DNA from: Candidatus Bathyarchaeota archaeon
GTDB lineage: Archaea; Thermoproteota; Bathyarchaeia; Bathyarchaeales; Bathycorpusculaceae
Length of the DNA stretch: 64,000 bases
Reading direction: 5' to 3'
Assembly (NCBI GenBank): GCA_963770935.1
Contig: CAVYRJ010000001.1
Span: 160,001 to 224,000 of the forward strand
The translations under genes and the position numbers were made by a program. Each line of letters starts with the position of its first letter. Position 1 is the stretch's first letter. Shown here piece by piece: positions 11,100-21,181 of this stretch. The notes under the pieces were generated by a model that was not told the DNA's origin, searched no databases, and was given only the letters and a program-made list of their open reading frames with translations.

Positions 11100-12442
11100 A
11101 CGCTGCTTCTCCGAATAATCAAGCCGCTTCCACCTTTCGCAACAATTTCGCCTTCATCAAAGATCAAGATCCCGTTCACAATGGTTTTTACCACTTTACC
11201 TTGAACATCCCAGCTATCATAGGGTGAAAACTTAGCTTTGGACTTAAATTTAGAAGCTTGAATTTTGAATTTGCTGTTAAAGTCCACAACTGTTATGTCA
11301 GCATTTTTGCCTTTTTCAAGTCGCCCGCGGTCATTTAAGCCGTAGATTTCTGCAGGTTTCTCAGCAAGCAACCAAATCGCTTGGGAAAAGGTTAACCTAT
11401 TCTTCTTTACAAGCGTCAACAAAAGGGGCAGAGAGGTCTCCAATCCTGGCACGCCCACTTTTACGTCCCAAACGTTGCTGGCTGACTTCTCACTTTGCGC
11501 ATGCGGCGCATGGTCTGAACCTATCGCATCAACCCAACCATCTTCTATGCCCTTCCATAGGGCGTCAACATGAGATTTGCTGCGAAGCGGAGGGGCCATA
11601 ATAACCATCGGTCCATAAGCTTTCAAGTCTTCACTTGACAACAAGAGGTGGTTTGGGGTCACTTCACACGTTACTTTTCTGCCAGATTTTTTAGCCTCAA
11701 CAATCGCGCTTAAACCTTCTTGTGTTGAAACATGGCAGAAATGCAATTGCACATCGGTTTGCACACTTAGTTTTAGGAGCCGATGGATAGCTTCTATCTC
11801 AACCGTTTCTGTGTGTGCCCTCAGAAAGTCGTCAACACCGCTTTTCTTGGCGTCTTTAAGTTTTTTCTCGTTAGCTGTGAGTATTGCCTTATCCTCGGCG
11901 TGCACAGCTATAGGCACACCTAACTTTGCAACCACTTTGAACCCATCCAGCAAAGCTTGGTCGTCGTCTACGTTCAATCCACCTATTTGGCAGCCCATAA
12001 AAAGCTTGAAACCTACCGCCCCTTGAGCAACAATGTCAGTTACTTCAGGAAGTTTTGTTGGGAATTCGGAGTAGAAACCGACGTTTACAAGGAGTTTTTT
12101 TTTGGCAACTTTCATGCGGTTTTGCAGGCTTTGGGCACTCATCGTAACTGGTTCGTTGTTTGGCATGTCTAAGACGGTGGTGAATCCTCCTGCAGCTGCG
12201 GCAGCGGTTCCCGAAGCGAAATCTTCCTTGTATGCTTTACCTTCATCCCGCAAATGAACGTGTTCATCAATCAAGCCAGGCAACACCAGCAGGTTGTGGA
12301 GGTCGGTTTTTTGATCGGCAATGGGCATTTGGGTTTCTTTGCCGATTTTGTGTATTTTACCTTCTTCGATGGCGATGCTGCAGTCGACGATTTGCCCGTT
12401 GAGATAGGCTTTGGCGTTTGTGAGTATAGAGTCAACAATCAA
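11096..12442 (-). CDS. pyrC: Dihydroorotase (amidohydrolase family)
   Basis: PGLIDEHVHLRD, GGFTTVLDMPN, CEVTPNHL, IGSDHAPH. Confidence 0.85.
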   Translation of the reverse strand: MIVDSILTNAKAYLNGQIVDCSIAIEEGKIHKIGKETQMPIADQKTDLHNLLVLPGLIDEHVHLRDEGKAYKEDFASGTAAAAAGGFTTVLDMPNNEPVTMSAQSLQNRMKVAKKKLLVNVGFYSEFPTKLPEVTDIVAQGAVGFKLFMGCQIGGLNVDDDQALLDGFKVVAKLGVPIAVHAEDKAILTANEKKLKDAKKSGVDDFLRAHTETVEIEAIHRLLKLSVQTDVQLHFCHVSTQEGLSAIVEAKKSGRKVTCEVTPNHLLLSSEDLKAYGPMVIMAPPLRSKSHVDALWKGIEDGWVDAIGSDHAPHAQSEKSASNVWDVKVGVPGLETSLPLLLTLVKKNRLTFSQAIWLLAEKPAEIYGLNDRGRLEKGKNADITVVDFNSKFKIQASKFKSKAKFSPYDSWDVQGKVVKTIVNGILIFDEGEIVAKGGSGLIIRRSSV

Positions 12443-12540
12443 CTGTAGTCACGGTCTATTGAATAGCGCGTGATTTGGTTAATTAAAGTTTATTTTATGG
12501 TACAACAAAGTTATTGTGAGGATTTTAGGAGTGGTTCTTA

Positions 12541-14502
12541 TTGCCCAGAAATGTTTTAGTTAGCAATGGCAGATTCGCAGTAGCTCTCGATGATAAAGCT
12601 CGCATAAGAGATGTATATTTTCCCTATGTTGGGCTTGAAAACCATGCAGTTGGTCACCAGTTCAGGTTCGGAGTCTGGGTTAACAGCAAATTCGAGTGGC
12701 TAGAAGAAGACTGGGACATAGTGATGACTTATTTGCCTGAAACCCTCACGAGCCGCTACAAAATAAGAAAGCAATCGTACGGTATTGAGTTGGAAGTCAA
12801 TGATTCTATCCACAACTCCAAAGACGTTTTTCTACGCAAAATAAAAGTCTCAAACAACCTTAATCGCGATCAAGAAGTGCGCCTGTTCTTCACACAGGAT
12901 TTTCATATATACGGTTACGAGGCTGGAGACACCGCATTCTTTGAACCAAACACTAACGGAATCGTCCATTACAAGGGTAAACGCTACTTCCTGGTCGGCG
13001 GAGCCACAAGCGGCAAAGGCTTCTACCAGTACGCGGTTGGACACAAGGAGGGTGAAGGCAAAGAAGGCACTTGGCGGGATTGCGAGGATGGGCAATTAAG
13101 CAGCAACCCCGTTGCTCAAGGCTCAGTTGACTCAGCCGTCTCTTTCCAATTGGAGATTCCCCCTCATGGATACGGAATTGTTCACTATTGGATTACTTGC
13201 GGAACCCATCTTAACGAAGTCACAGCCTTAGATGCACAGGTCAAAGAAACAGGAGTTGAGCAAATGCTTTTGGAGGTAGAAAATTACTGGAGCGCCTGGC
13301 TAAACCGATTAAAACTGGACCTAAACACTCTGCCCCGAGAAGTCGCTCGTCTCTTTAAACGGTCACTACTCATAATGCGCACCCACGTTGACAATCACGG
13401 CGGCTTTTTGGCATCATTGGATTCTGACATAATGGAGATTCACAAAGATACCTACGCTTATGTTTGGCCAAGAGACGGTTCGATGGCGGCTTTAGCTTTT
13501 ACAAGCGCTGGCTTCACGGACGTGGCAGCCATGTTTTTTGGATTTTGCAACAAAGTAATTGGCGAAGACGGCTTTTTCCGCCACAAATACCTGCCAGATG
13601 GTTCAATTGGAAGCACTTGGCATGCGCTTATAGATTCGACGGGCCACTTGCAGTTGCCTATTCAGGAGGATGAAACCGCAAGCGTACTTTATGCACTTTG
13701 GAAGTATTATGAAAAGAACGGGAATTTAGAGTTCATCACCAAAGTTTACGACCGTCTTGTGGTGAAAGCGGCAGATTTCATGATGAACTACCGCGACCCA
13801 GACACTCTGCTGCCTAAACCGACGTTTGATGAATGGGAAGAAAAAGTCGGCGTATTCACCTCAACGGTGGCATCGGTCTGTGCTGCATTGGATGCAGCTG
13901 CCAAATTCGCCAAAGTGTTCTATGATAGCAACAGGCAAGAAATCCTCTCAGAAGCGTCTGCCCAAACTAAAGTAGCGATGATTAAGCACTTGTACAGCCC
14001 GCAGTTGAAACGGTTCATAAAGGGTATCTACCCAAACGGCGAAAAAGACACAACACTTGACAGTAGCGTTTCAACGATTTTTTCCTATGAAGTCCTTGAT
14101 GCCAAAGACATCAAAGTCAAGAACACAATGGAGGCTTTATCAAGCAATCTGCGAGTTAACATTGGCGTCGGCGGCTTGGCAAGGTACCAAAACGACCGTT
14201 ATCGAAGAGTGTCGCCCGAAATTCCCGGAAATCCCTGGTTTATTTCCACACTCAGGCTCGCAAGGTGGCATATTGCCACAGCCTCATCCGTAGAAGATTT
14301 AGCAAATGCAATGGATCTTCTGAAATGGGCAACAAAAAACGCATTGTCCACAGGAGCATTAGCCGAGCAACTTAACCCATATTCGGGCAAACCAATATCT
14401 GCGACGCCTCTGCTCTGGAGTCACGCCGAATTCGTCCTTGCAGTCACCGAGTACATAAGCAAACATGAAGAAATAACTGCATTAAATCGACCACAAGGTT
14501 AG
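12541..14502 (+). CDS. Glycoside hydrolase family 15 (glucoamylase-like)
   Basis: YAYVWPRDG, IQEDETA, DEWEE, GGLARYQND, LAEQ, PLLWSHAEFV. Confidence 0.92.
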   Translation: MPRNVLVSNGRFAVALDDKARIRDVYFPYVGLENHAVGHQFRFGVWVNSKFEWLEEDWDIVMTYLPETLTSRYKIRKQSYGIELEVNDSIHNSKDVFLRKIKVSNNLNRDQEVRLFFTQDFHIYGYEAGDTAFFEPNTNGIVHYKGKRYFLVGGATSGKGFYQYAVGHKEGEGKEGTWRDCEDGQLSSNPVAQGSVDSAVSFQLEIPPHGYGIVHYWITCGTHLNEVTALDAQVKETGVEQMLLEVENYWSAWLNRLKLDLNTLPREVARLFKRSLLIMRTHVDNHGGFLASLDSDIMEIHKDTYAYVWPRDGSMAALAFTSAGFTDVAAMFFGFCNKVIGEDGFFRHKYLPDGSIGSTWHALIDSTGHLQLPIQEDETASVLYALWKYYEKNGNLEFITKVYDRLVVKAADFMMNYRDPDTLLPKPTFDEWEEKVGVFTSTVASVCAALDAAAKFAKVFYDSNRQEILSEASAQTKVAMIKHLYSPQLKRFIKGIYPNGEKDTTLDSSVSTIFSYEVLDAKDIKVKNTMEALSSNLRVNIGVGGLARYQNDRYRRVSPEIPGNPWFISTLRLARWHIATASSVEDLANAMDLLKWATKNALSTGALAEQLNPYSGKPISATPLLWSHAEFVLAVTEYISKHEEITALNRPQG

Positions 14503-14515
14503 GGAGGGTGATTGT

Positions 14516-14818
14516 TTGTTTGTTAAATTATGCGACAAGAGCGTTCTTCCCCTTGGAGAATTGAAGGCTTTCAAAATTAAAGGGCACGAAGTCTTAGCTG
14601 CGAATGTTGACGGCAAAATCTTTTGTCTAGATGCAAGATGCACACATGCTGGAGCGCCGCTTGCTGAAGGCTCATTAAACGGTGAGGTGCTCACTTGCCC
14701 ATGGCACTACTCCCAATTCAACATAACAAACGGCACCGTGCTTGGTGGACCTGCGTATAAACCGCTTAGAAATTACCTTGTTGAGGAAAGAGAAGATTCT
14801 GTGTTTATCGATTTGTAA
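14516..14818 (+). CDS. Rieske-type 2Fe-2S ferredoxin
   Basis: CTHAGAPL...CPWHYSQFNITNG. Confidence 0.93.
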   Translation: MFVKLCDKSVLPLGELKAFKIKGHEVLAANVDGKIFCLDARCTHAGAPLAEGSLNGEVLTCPWHYSQFNITNGTVLGGPAYKPLRNYLVEEREDSVFIDL

Positions 14819-14830
14819 AGCGAAAGAGGA

Positions 14831-15409
14831 TTATTTTTCTTGTTCGAGTTCTACGCGGCATTCATCGCAGATGTTCTGCCCGTTGCTTTCTTTTAGGCTT
14901 TCCGAGTAAATGTTGCAGCGGTCGCAGTATCCTGAAAGTGGAACCTCATCAGGTTCTTCTGTTATAGCAGCGCCCTCGATGCGTGAACGCTCCTGCATAA
15001 TTTCTATTAACTCTGGCATGACACCTAAGATATCTTTGCTTGAGATTATTCCAAGCAGGTTGCCCTTGTAAATTACCCCGAGCCGTCTAATATCAAGTCG
15101 CGTCATTCTTCTAGCCGCATCGCTTATCGTGGCTTCAGGCTCAATGGTAACAAGTGGAGTTGTCATAATTTCCTTAGCTTTGACAGTGTCTGGTTTGAGG
15201 TTCTTTGCCAAAACCCTGATGACAAGGTCGCGTTCGGTTATGATGCCGATTGATTTTCCAGCTTTGTTGGTGACGATTACGGCGCCTACATCATTCATAT
15301 CCATTTTGGCGGCAGCCTTGTTCGAAGCTTCATCCTCATCCATAGTTATGACGGGGTTACTCATTACGTCTCTTACTAACATCTTTGTTCTTAAACCAAT
15401 TTCAGACAT
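14831..15409 (-). CDS. CBS-pair protein with C-terminal CxxC...CxxC zinc ribbon
   Basis: VRDVMSNPV, GIITERDL, KEIMTTPL; CDRC...CDEC. Confidence 0.9.
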   Translation of the reverse strand: MSEIGLRTKMLVRDVMSNPVITMDEDEASNKAAAKMDMNDVGAVIVTNKAGKSIGIITERDLVIRVLAKNLKPDTVKAKEIMTTPLVTIEPEATISDAARRMTRLDIRRLGVIYKGNLLGIISSKDILGVMPELIEIMQERSRIEGAAITEEPDEVPLSGYCDRCNIYSESLKESNGQNICDECRVELEQEK

Positions 15410-15562
15410 GTTTTTTCACTTCCAACAATTTAGATAAGCTTAGCTTCTACTTCAACAATAAAGAGACGAATAATTTAAGAGTTGCTTAACCCCGAGACAG
15501 CACTTCTGTGAAGTTTTTATTAGACTCAACGCAATAGACCACAATGCCCCAAGGAACAATTT

Positions 15563-16010
15563 ATGCTTAAAACAAACGCTGAAAAACTAATAAAAATCTC
15601 AGTTATGGGCGAAATTGCCAGCCCAACCATCCGCTCGGTATACAATGTTTCAGCCACAGGAAAACCACTAGTATTGCGGGAGTTGGTGGCATAACTCATA
15701 ACCTGCGTGTGGGTGACCCAGCGTGCGGTTGGGAAGCAGACCATGTAGAACCCTGTGTGAGTGTGGAAAATAAGGAAAACGATGGGCGCTCAGGACAAGC
15801 TGCAAACACTGCTTTCAACGTACTATCATGCATTGGAAACCAGCGTCAAGGCGCTGTATCAGTGGCGTGGTTGTTCACACAAACTGCGTAACTGCTGGTC
15901 ATGGACCCGGTGTCACAACTTTAATGACTTCGTCCGAAGGAAAAATTTTTCCCAAAATAAGTGAGACAGCAAACATTGCTTCCCTTCTTAGATTACGGTC
16001 AGATATATAA
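15563..16010 (+). pseudogene. DUF4438-like gene remnant with frameshifts and a large internal deletion
   Basis: Three frames give MLKTNAEKLIKISVMGEIASP / GVGGITHNLRVGDPACGWEADHVEP...NVLSCIGN / GVVVHTNCVTAGHGPGVTTLMTS; the central part is missing. Confidence 0.7.
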
Positions 16011-16059
16011 GATAGTTAAGTCAATAAATGGAACAATAGAAGAGAAAGAGGACAAAATA

Positions 16060-16353
16060 ATGCCCGTTAAACGAAAAAGCCGAGGAAGATCAAAAGGAAA
16101 CAAAGGAAGCAGTACTCTTGTTCAATGCGCAAATTGCGGGGCTTCGGTGCCACGTGACAAAGCAAAACGCTCCACCCGTCGAGTATCCTTTGTTGAGCCG
16201 CAACTTGCTAAAGAGCTTAGGCAAAGCGGCACGTACTTAGCCTCGTGGGTTGACACAAAATTCTACTGTATCTCTTGCGCAGTTCACCGCGGCATCGTTA
16301 AAGTCCGCGCTGAAAATGAACGTCATTCAAAAGCCTATAGACGAAGATACTAA
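16060..16353 (+). CDS. rps26e: 30S ribosomal protein S26e
   Basis: MPVKRKSRGRSKG...VQCANCGASVPRDKA...YCISCAVHRGIVKVR; start ATG at 16060. Confidence 0.95.
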   Translation: MPVKRKSRGRSKGNKGSSTLVQCANCGASVPRDKAKRSTRRVSFVEPQLAKELRQSGTYLASWVDTKFYCISCAVHRGIVKVRAENERHSKAYRRRY

Positions 16354-16357
16354 TCAG

Positions 16358-17002
16358 CTATACTGCTGCTTTTTTCTTTAATGTTTTGTAAACGTGTAGT
16401 GTTCTTTGTAAAACTGTCAGGTTTGAGAGCACCGCCAGCAAGGCTATACCGTAACTTAAAGCAGGCAACCAGAAGAACCCAACTATAGACACGGCAGCTA
16501 AAATGAGCATACGCTCTGCACGTTCAGCAAGTCCTACTGACTCCATTTTTATCCCTGCTGCTTCTGCTCTTGCACGGGTATAACTTACCATCATGGAACC
16601 TGTTAGAGCCGCCAAGCCCCAAGCTGAACCCCAAATGGGTCCCCAGACTGGGTTGACTAATCCAGCAACGATTATAGCGGCGTAGACCGCAGCGTCAGCG
16701 TATCGGTCAAGGACTGAATCAAAGAAACCGCCAAAAACGGTTTCTTGCTGAAATGTTCGAGCCACTATTCCGTCGAGGGTGTCGCAGAATCCTGAAGCTA
16801 AAAGGAAAACAACAGCCAAAACAAGTAGCCAAAGGGTCTGGGGTGTGATTATGACGTAAGAGACTGCCGAGGCTAATACAAGTATGAAGCCGATTAGGCT
16901 GATTTGGTTAGGGGTTAAACCTATTTTATGTGCTGCGTTTGCTTGTGAAGTGAGCATTTGCTGGATTTGTTTTTTCAGTTTGGTTAGCAAGTTAACTCTC
17001 AA
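16358..17002 (-). CDS. pgsA: CDP-alcohol phosphatidyltransferase (archaetidylinositol-phosphate synthase-like)
   Basis: DTLDGIVAR...GGFFDSVLDRYAD signature; SYTRARAEA; GLAERAER. Confidence 0.88.
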   Translation of the reverse strand: MRVNLLTKLKKQIQQMLTSQANAAHKIGLTPNQISLIGFILVLASAVSYVIITPQTLWLLVLAVVFLLASGFCDTLDGIVARTFQQETVFGGFFDSVLDRYADAAVYAAIIVAGLVNPVWGPIWGSAWGLAALTGSMMVSYTRARAEAAGIKMESVGLAERAERMLILAAVSIVGFFWLPALSYGIALLAVLSNLTVLQRTLHVYKTLKKKAAV

Positions 17003-17127
17003 CTAGGCAAGTGTTATTCCACATTACTGGGCAGCTGTAGAAAAGCCTTTCTTAAGTAAATTGTTGAACAATTTTTATGAAAAGGTGTTTTTCAATGGAC
17101 TTATAAGGAGTAATCAATAGTTTGGAA

Positions 17128-17169
17128 GTGACGTTCTGACGCGCAACAGTGCGCATAACAGAACGTTAC
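17128..17169 (+). promoter_or_regulatory. Stem-loop in the leader of the Alba remnant
   Basis: GTGACGTTCTG (17128-38) pairs with CAGAACGTTAC (17159-69); inner stem GCGCA/TGCGC; TATA-like CTTATAAG at 17100-17107. Confidence 0.5.
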
Positions 17170-17200
17170 ACAAAGCAACATCAAAAGGAGTAAAAAAGAA

Positions 17201-17329
17201 ATGAGCCAAAATGCGCATGTTATCTTCGTCGGAAACAAACCTCCAATGAGCTATGTTCTGGCAATCATCACAAGCGTCTCAGCTGGGAACCTGAATGAAT
17301 TAGCATTGAAAAAACTGCAATTTTGTTAG
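17201..17329 (+). pseudogene. Truncated Alba (chromatin protein) N-terminal fragment
   Basis: MSQNAHVIFVGNKPPMSYVLAIITSVSAGNLNELALKKLQFC* resembles the Alba N-terminus and ends just before the expected ARG motif; preceded by an AAGGAG RBS-like site. Confidence 0.75.
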
Positions 17330-17393
17330 AGCGTCTTACATCACAAGGTTAAATAACTGATTTTGTTAGTAGAGATTTATTCCGTGTGAGAAC

Positions 17394-18683
17394 ATGTTAG
17401 ATATCAAGCTTATCCGTGAGAATCCTGAATTTGTGAAGGCTAATCTGGCTAAGCGTGGCAACCCCGAAGTTCTACAGATGCTTGAAGAACTATTGACCCT
17501 TGACAGAGGTTGGCGGCTAAATCTCACCAAACTTAACGAGTTGCGCCACGACCGAAAACTAGTCACTATAGAAATTGCTAAACTCAAAAAAGCAGGTAAA
17601 GAGGCCACAGACGAATTCATAAGGGCTCAGGACATTGATCAGAAAATAAAGCTAATTGAGAAAAATGTAACTGAACAAGAACAGAAAATACGCGATTACC
17701 TTTTGCGATTGCCAAACCTGCTGGAAGATTCGGTTCCGCAAGGAGAAGACTCAAACGATAACGTGCAGGTGAAAACTTGGGGAACAATCCCGCAGTTTTC
17801 TTTTCCGATAAAAAATCACATTGACCTTGCTCTCAACCTTGATTTAATCGACATGGAAAGAGCAGGAAAGGTTTCAGGTTCAAGGTTCTTTTATCTTAAA
17901 AATGAAATTGCTTTGTTAGACATGGCGCTGATGAGTTTTGCAATCGAAGAGCTCTCTAAAAAAGGCTACACAGCAGTTGTTCCGCCATTGTTGATGAAGC
18001 GTGAAGCCTACGAAGGAGTAACAGCCCTTGGCGACTTTGAAGAAGTCCTCTACAAAGTCGAAAACGAGGACCTTTACTTAATTGCCACTTCCGAGCACCC
18101 CATGGCAGCAATGCTCATGAACGAAACCCTAAAAGAACAAGATATGCCCATAAAACTTGCAGGCATGAGCACTTGTTTCCGCAAAGAAGCCGGGGCACAC
18201 GGAAAGGACACACGCGGCATCTTCCGCACCCACCAATTCAACAAGATAGAACAATTTATTTTCTGCAAACCTGAAGATTCAGCAAAACTTCATGAAGAAC
18301 TCCTGCAGAACGCCGAGGATATATTACAAAAAATCGGTTTAGCCTACAGAGTTGTAAACGTTTGCACAGGTGACATAGGCACGGTAGCAGCTAAAAAATA
18401 TGATATTGAGGCTTGGATGCCAGCGCAGAACGGTTACCGTGAAGTGGTTTCTTGCAGCAACTGCACCGATTATCAAGGCAGACGTTTAGGAATTAAGTAC
18501 CGTGAAAAAGAAGGCGCACCACCAAAAGGCATAGTGCACACATTGAACTCGACAGCCATCGCTACAGGCAGAACCATCGTCGCAATACTTGAAAACAATC
18601 AGCAATCAGATGGAACGATAATCATACCAGAAGCATTAAGAAAATATATGGGTGACAGAGAAAAAATAGACAGAAAACGCTAA
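17394..18683 (+). CDS. serS: Serine--tRNA ligase
   Basis: MLDIKLIRENPE, LIATSEHP, FRKEAG, GIFRTHQFNKIEQF, EVVSCSNCTDYQ, HTLNSTA. Confidence 0.98.
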   Translation: MLDIKLIRENPEFVKANLAKRGNPEVLQMLEELLTLDRGWRLNLTKLNELRHDRKLVTIEIAKLKKAGKEATDEFIRAQDIDQKIKLIEKNVTEQEQKIRDYLLRLPNLLEDSVPQGEDSNDNVQVKTWGTIPQFSFPIKNHIDLALNLDLIDMERAGKVSGSRFFYLKNEIALLDMALMSFAIEELSKKGYTAVVPPLLMKREAYEGVTALGDFEEVLYKVENEDLYLIATSEHPMAAMLMNETLKEQDMPIKLAGMSTCFRKEAGAHGKDTRGIFRTHQFNKIEQFIFCKPEDSAKLHEELLQNAEDILQKIGLAYRVVNVCTGDIGTVAAKKYDIEAWMPAQNGYREVVSCSNCTDYQGRRLGIKYREKEGAPPKGIVHTLNSTAIATGRTIVAILENNQQSDGTIIIPEALRKYMGDREKIDRKR

Positions 18684-18709
18684 ACCTTTTAATATTCCCT
18701 TGAGAATGT

Positions 18710-19360
18710 TTGCGCACGTTTGGAGAAATAAATTTGTCTTCCAAAACAAAACACGTACGCGATAAGTGGCGAGGCAAATCCTGGTATATGGTAGTTGCGC
18801 CACCGTTCTTTGGTAACATAGAGTTAGGTTCGATACCTGCACAAGAAGAAAAACAAATGATCGGCAGAGTTGTCGAAGCAACCTTATATGACATTACAGG
18901 TGACTTTTCTCATCATTACCTCAAAATGTTCTTCCAGATAAACCAGATTGACGGAAAATCTGCCAAAACTCTCTTCAAGGGACATGAATACTCAAGAGAT
19001 TACCTTCGCAGCTTGGTCAGGAGAAGAACCACTAAAGTTGACGGATTATTCAACTTAACCACAAAAGACGGCTACAAGCTCCGAATCTCAGTCTCTGCTC
19101 TGACGCTTTCAAGAATAAAGACTTCACAGGAAAAAATCATCCGCGTCATGATGACAAAGACAATCAAGGAAAAAGCCGCTGCTTTAACACTTGATCAGTT
19201 TGTTCAAGAAATGGTCCTTGGAAAAATCGCTTCAGACATCTACAACCAAGCCAAACTCGTTGCGCCACTAAGACACGTTGGCATAAGAAAATCCAAGCTT
19301 ATTTCGGCACCAGCCAATCTGCCGGAAGCACCAGTAGAAGAAGCGCTAGCCACGGCATAA
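18710..19360 (+). CDS. rps3ae: 30S ribosomal protein S3Ae (eS1)
   Basis: RDKWRGKSWYMVVAP, DYLRSLVRRRTTKVD; true start probably slightly downstream. Confidence 0.95.
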   Translation: MRTFGEINLSSKTKHVRDKWRGKSWYMVVAPPFFGNIELGSIPAQEEKQMIGRVVEATLYDITGDFSHHYLKMFFQINQIDGKSAKTLFKGHEYSRDYLRSLVRRRTTKVDGLFNLTTKDGYKLRISVSALTLSRIKTSQEKIIRVMMTKTIKEKAAALTLDQFVQEMVLGKIASDIYNQAKLVAPLRHVGIRKSKLISAPANLPEAPVEEALATA

Positions 19361-19447
19361 ACACAATTTCTTTATATTTTTGTTTCATTTTACCGTAAAC
19401 AGTTTTAGATACGACTCTCAGTATTTTTTTATCAGGAGAATGTAATT

Positions 19448-19915
19448 TTGACCAATTCGGGGGTACATGAAAAAGGAACCTTCAACGCACAGGATGCCAT
19501 AGATAACATTAAGAAAGATCCAAACTATTCAAAAGCAGGTGCTATCGGGCTTTTCATTGGTGTGGTACGCGGGGAAACGCTGGAGTTGGAAAAAGAAACC
19601 GTTGAAGGGCTCACAATTGAAGCTTATGAGGAAAAAGCTGACCAAGTACTCACAAAAATTAGCGAGGAATTGTCCCAGAAGTCTGGAATAGTTAATGTTC
19701 AAATCCACCATCTCCTTGGTGAATTCAAAGTCGGCGACGACTTGGTCTACGTTGCAGTCGCAGGAGCACACCGAACAGACATTTTTCCCGTTTTGCGGGA
19801 AGCTGTTGAAAGGTACAAAAGTGAAGTGCCCGTTTTTAAAAAAGAACAAATAATCACAAAAAAAGGCAAAATATCCGAATACTGGGTTTCAGAAAAAAAG
19901 AGCCATAATCCCTAG
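19448..19915 (+). CDS. moaE: Molybdopterin synthase catalytic subunit
   Basis: GAIGLFIGVVRG, VAVAGAHR, KSEVPVFKKE. Confidence 0.9.
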   Translation: MTNSGVHEKGTFNAQDAIDNIKKDPNYSKAGAIGLFIGVVRGETLELEKETVEGLTIEAYEEKADQVLTKISEELSQKSGIVNVQIHHLLGEFKVGDDLVYVAVAGAHRTDIFPVLREAVERYKSEVPVFKKEQIITKKGKISEYWVSEKKSHNP

Positions 19916-19930
19916 ATTGGATGTGAAAAA

Positions 19931-20848
19931 TTGATTACTGCTTTAGCAGGCGGGGTTGGTGCAGCCAGATTCCTAACAGGTTTAACTCGACTTGTCAAAG
20001 AAGAAGACTTGACAGTTATCGCAAACACAGGCGATGACATCGAGTTGTTCGGCTTGCACATTTCACCTGACATTGACATTGTTGCTTACACGTTAGCAGG
20101 CATTGTGGATGAGGAGAGGGGCTGGGGAATCAGGGGCGACACGTTTCAATGTCTTGAAACACTAAAGAAACGTGGCTTAGATACATGGTTTAGCTTAGGC
20201 GATAGGGACTTGGCAACGCATATTTACCGAACGAACCGCTTAAAGCAAGGCTTCACACTCGCACAAATTACTTCCGAAGTCTGCCAAAGTTTAGGACTCA
20301 AAATCAAGATTTTACCCATGACCAATGATAAATTTGAAACCAGAATAACAACTGGCATTGGCTCAATGCATTTTGAGGAATACTTTGTCAGAAGAAAATG
20401 CAAAGACGAAATCTTAAGCGTGGAATTTGTCGGTGCCGTTACGGCGAAGCCTTCACCAGGGGTTTTGGATGCGATTTTAGATGCGGAATTGATTGTTGTT
20501 TGTCCAAGCAATCCAATAGTTAGCATTGGCACTATTTTGGCGGTTGAAGGTGTTAGGGATGCGTTGAGGCGGACAATCGCGAGAGTTATTGGAGTTAGTC
20601 CTATTGTTGCGGGTTTTCCTATTAAAGGTCCGGCAGATAAGATTTTGCGGGGTTTGGGCTTGGAAGTTTCTGCTTTTGGTGTAGCGCAGCTTTACGCGGA
20701 TTTCCTTGACACCTTTGTTATAGACAGCAAAGATTCTGCTGCAAAAAGCAAGATTGAACAGCTTGGAGTCAACGTGAAAGTTACCAACACAATTATGAAG
20801 AGTTTAGATGATAAAGTCTCGTTGGCGAGAGTCGTTTTAGAGAACTAA
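19931..20848 (+). CDS. cofD: 2-phospho-L-lactate transferase (F420 biosynthesis)
   Basis: LAGGVGAARF, NTGDD, HISPDID, WFSLGDRDLATH, CPSNPIVSIG, KGPADK. Confidence 0.95.
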   Translation: MITALAGGVGAARFLTGLTRLVKEEDLTVIANTGDDIELFGLHISPDIDIVAYTLAGIVDEERGWGIRGDTFQCLETLKKRGLDTWFSLGDRDLATHIYRTNRLKQGFTLAQITSEVCQSLGLKIKILPMTNDKFETRITTGIGSMHFEEYFVRRKCKDEILSVEFVGAVTAKPSPGVLDAILDAELIVVCPSNPIVSIGTILAVEGVRDALRRTIARVIGVSPIVAGFPIKGPADKILRGLGLEVSAFGVAQLYADFLDTFVIDSKDSAAKSKIEQLGVNVKVTNTIMKSLDDKVSLARVVLEN

Positions 20849-21181
20849 GAATACAATATAGAATACGTTGTTCTCTATAGATTATTTGGGGATTCTAAAT
20901 AGGGCAGCTATAAGATATTCAATGCAGGGAAAGTCGTGCAAACAAAGAAGCAAAAAAAGCAGAAGGAAAAACCTGAGACTGCATGTTACTTCAATCACGT
21001 GTAGATGAGAGTCTATTGAGGGCAAAATAATGAAGGAAAAGATGAGGAATAAAAAGCAGGCATTAGCCAAGAGGGCTGATCTTATAGATTGGCTTTTGGC
21101 TATAGATGCTAATGTGCGGTGAAAACAAAATTAAGAGAAGGGTTATATTTGCAAACTAGAATTATTGTCTATTAAACGGAG

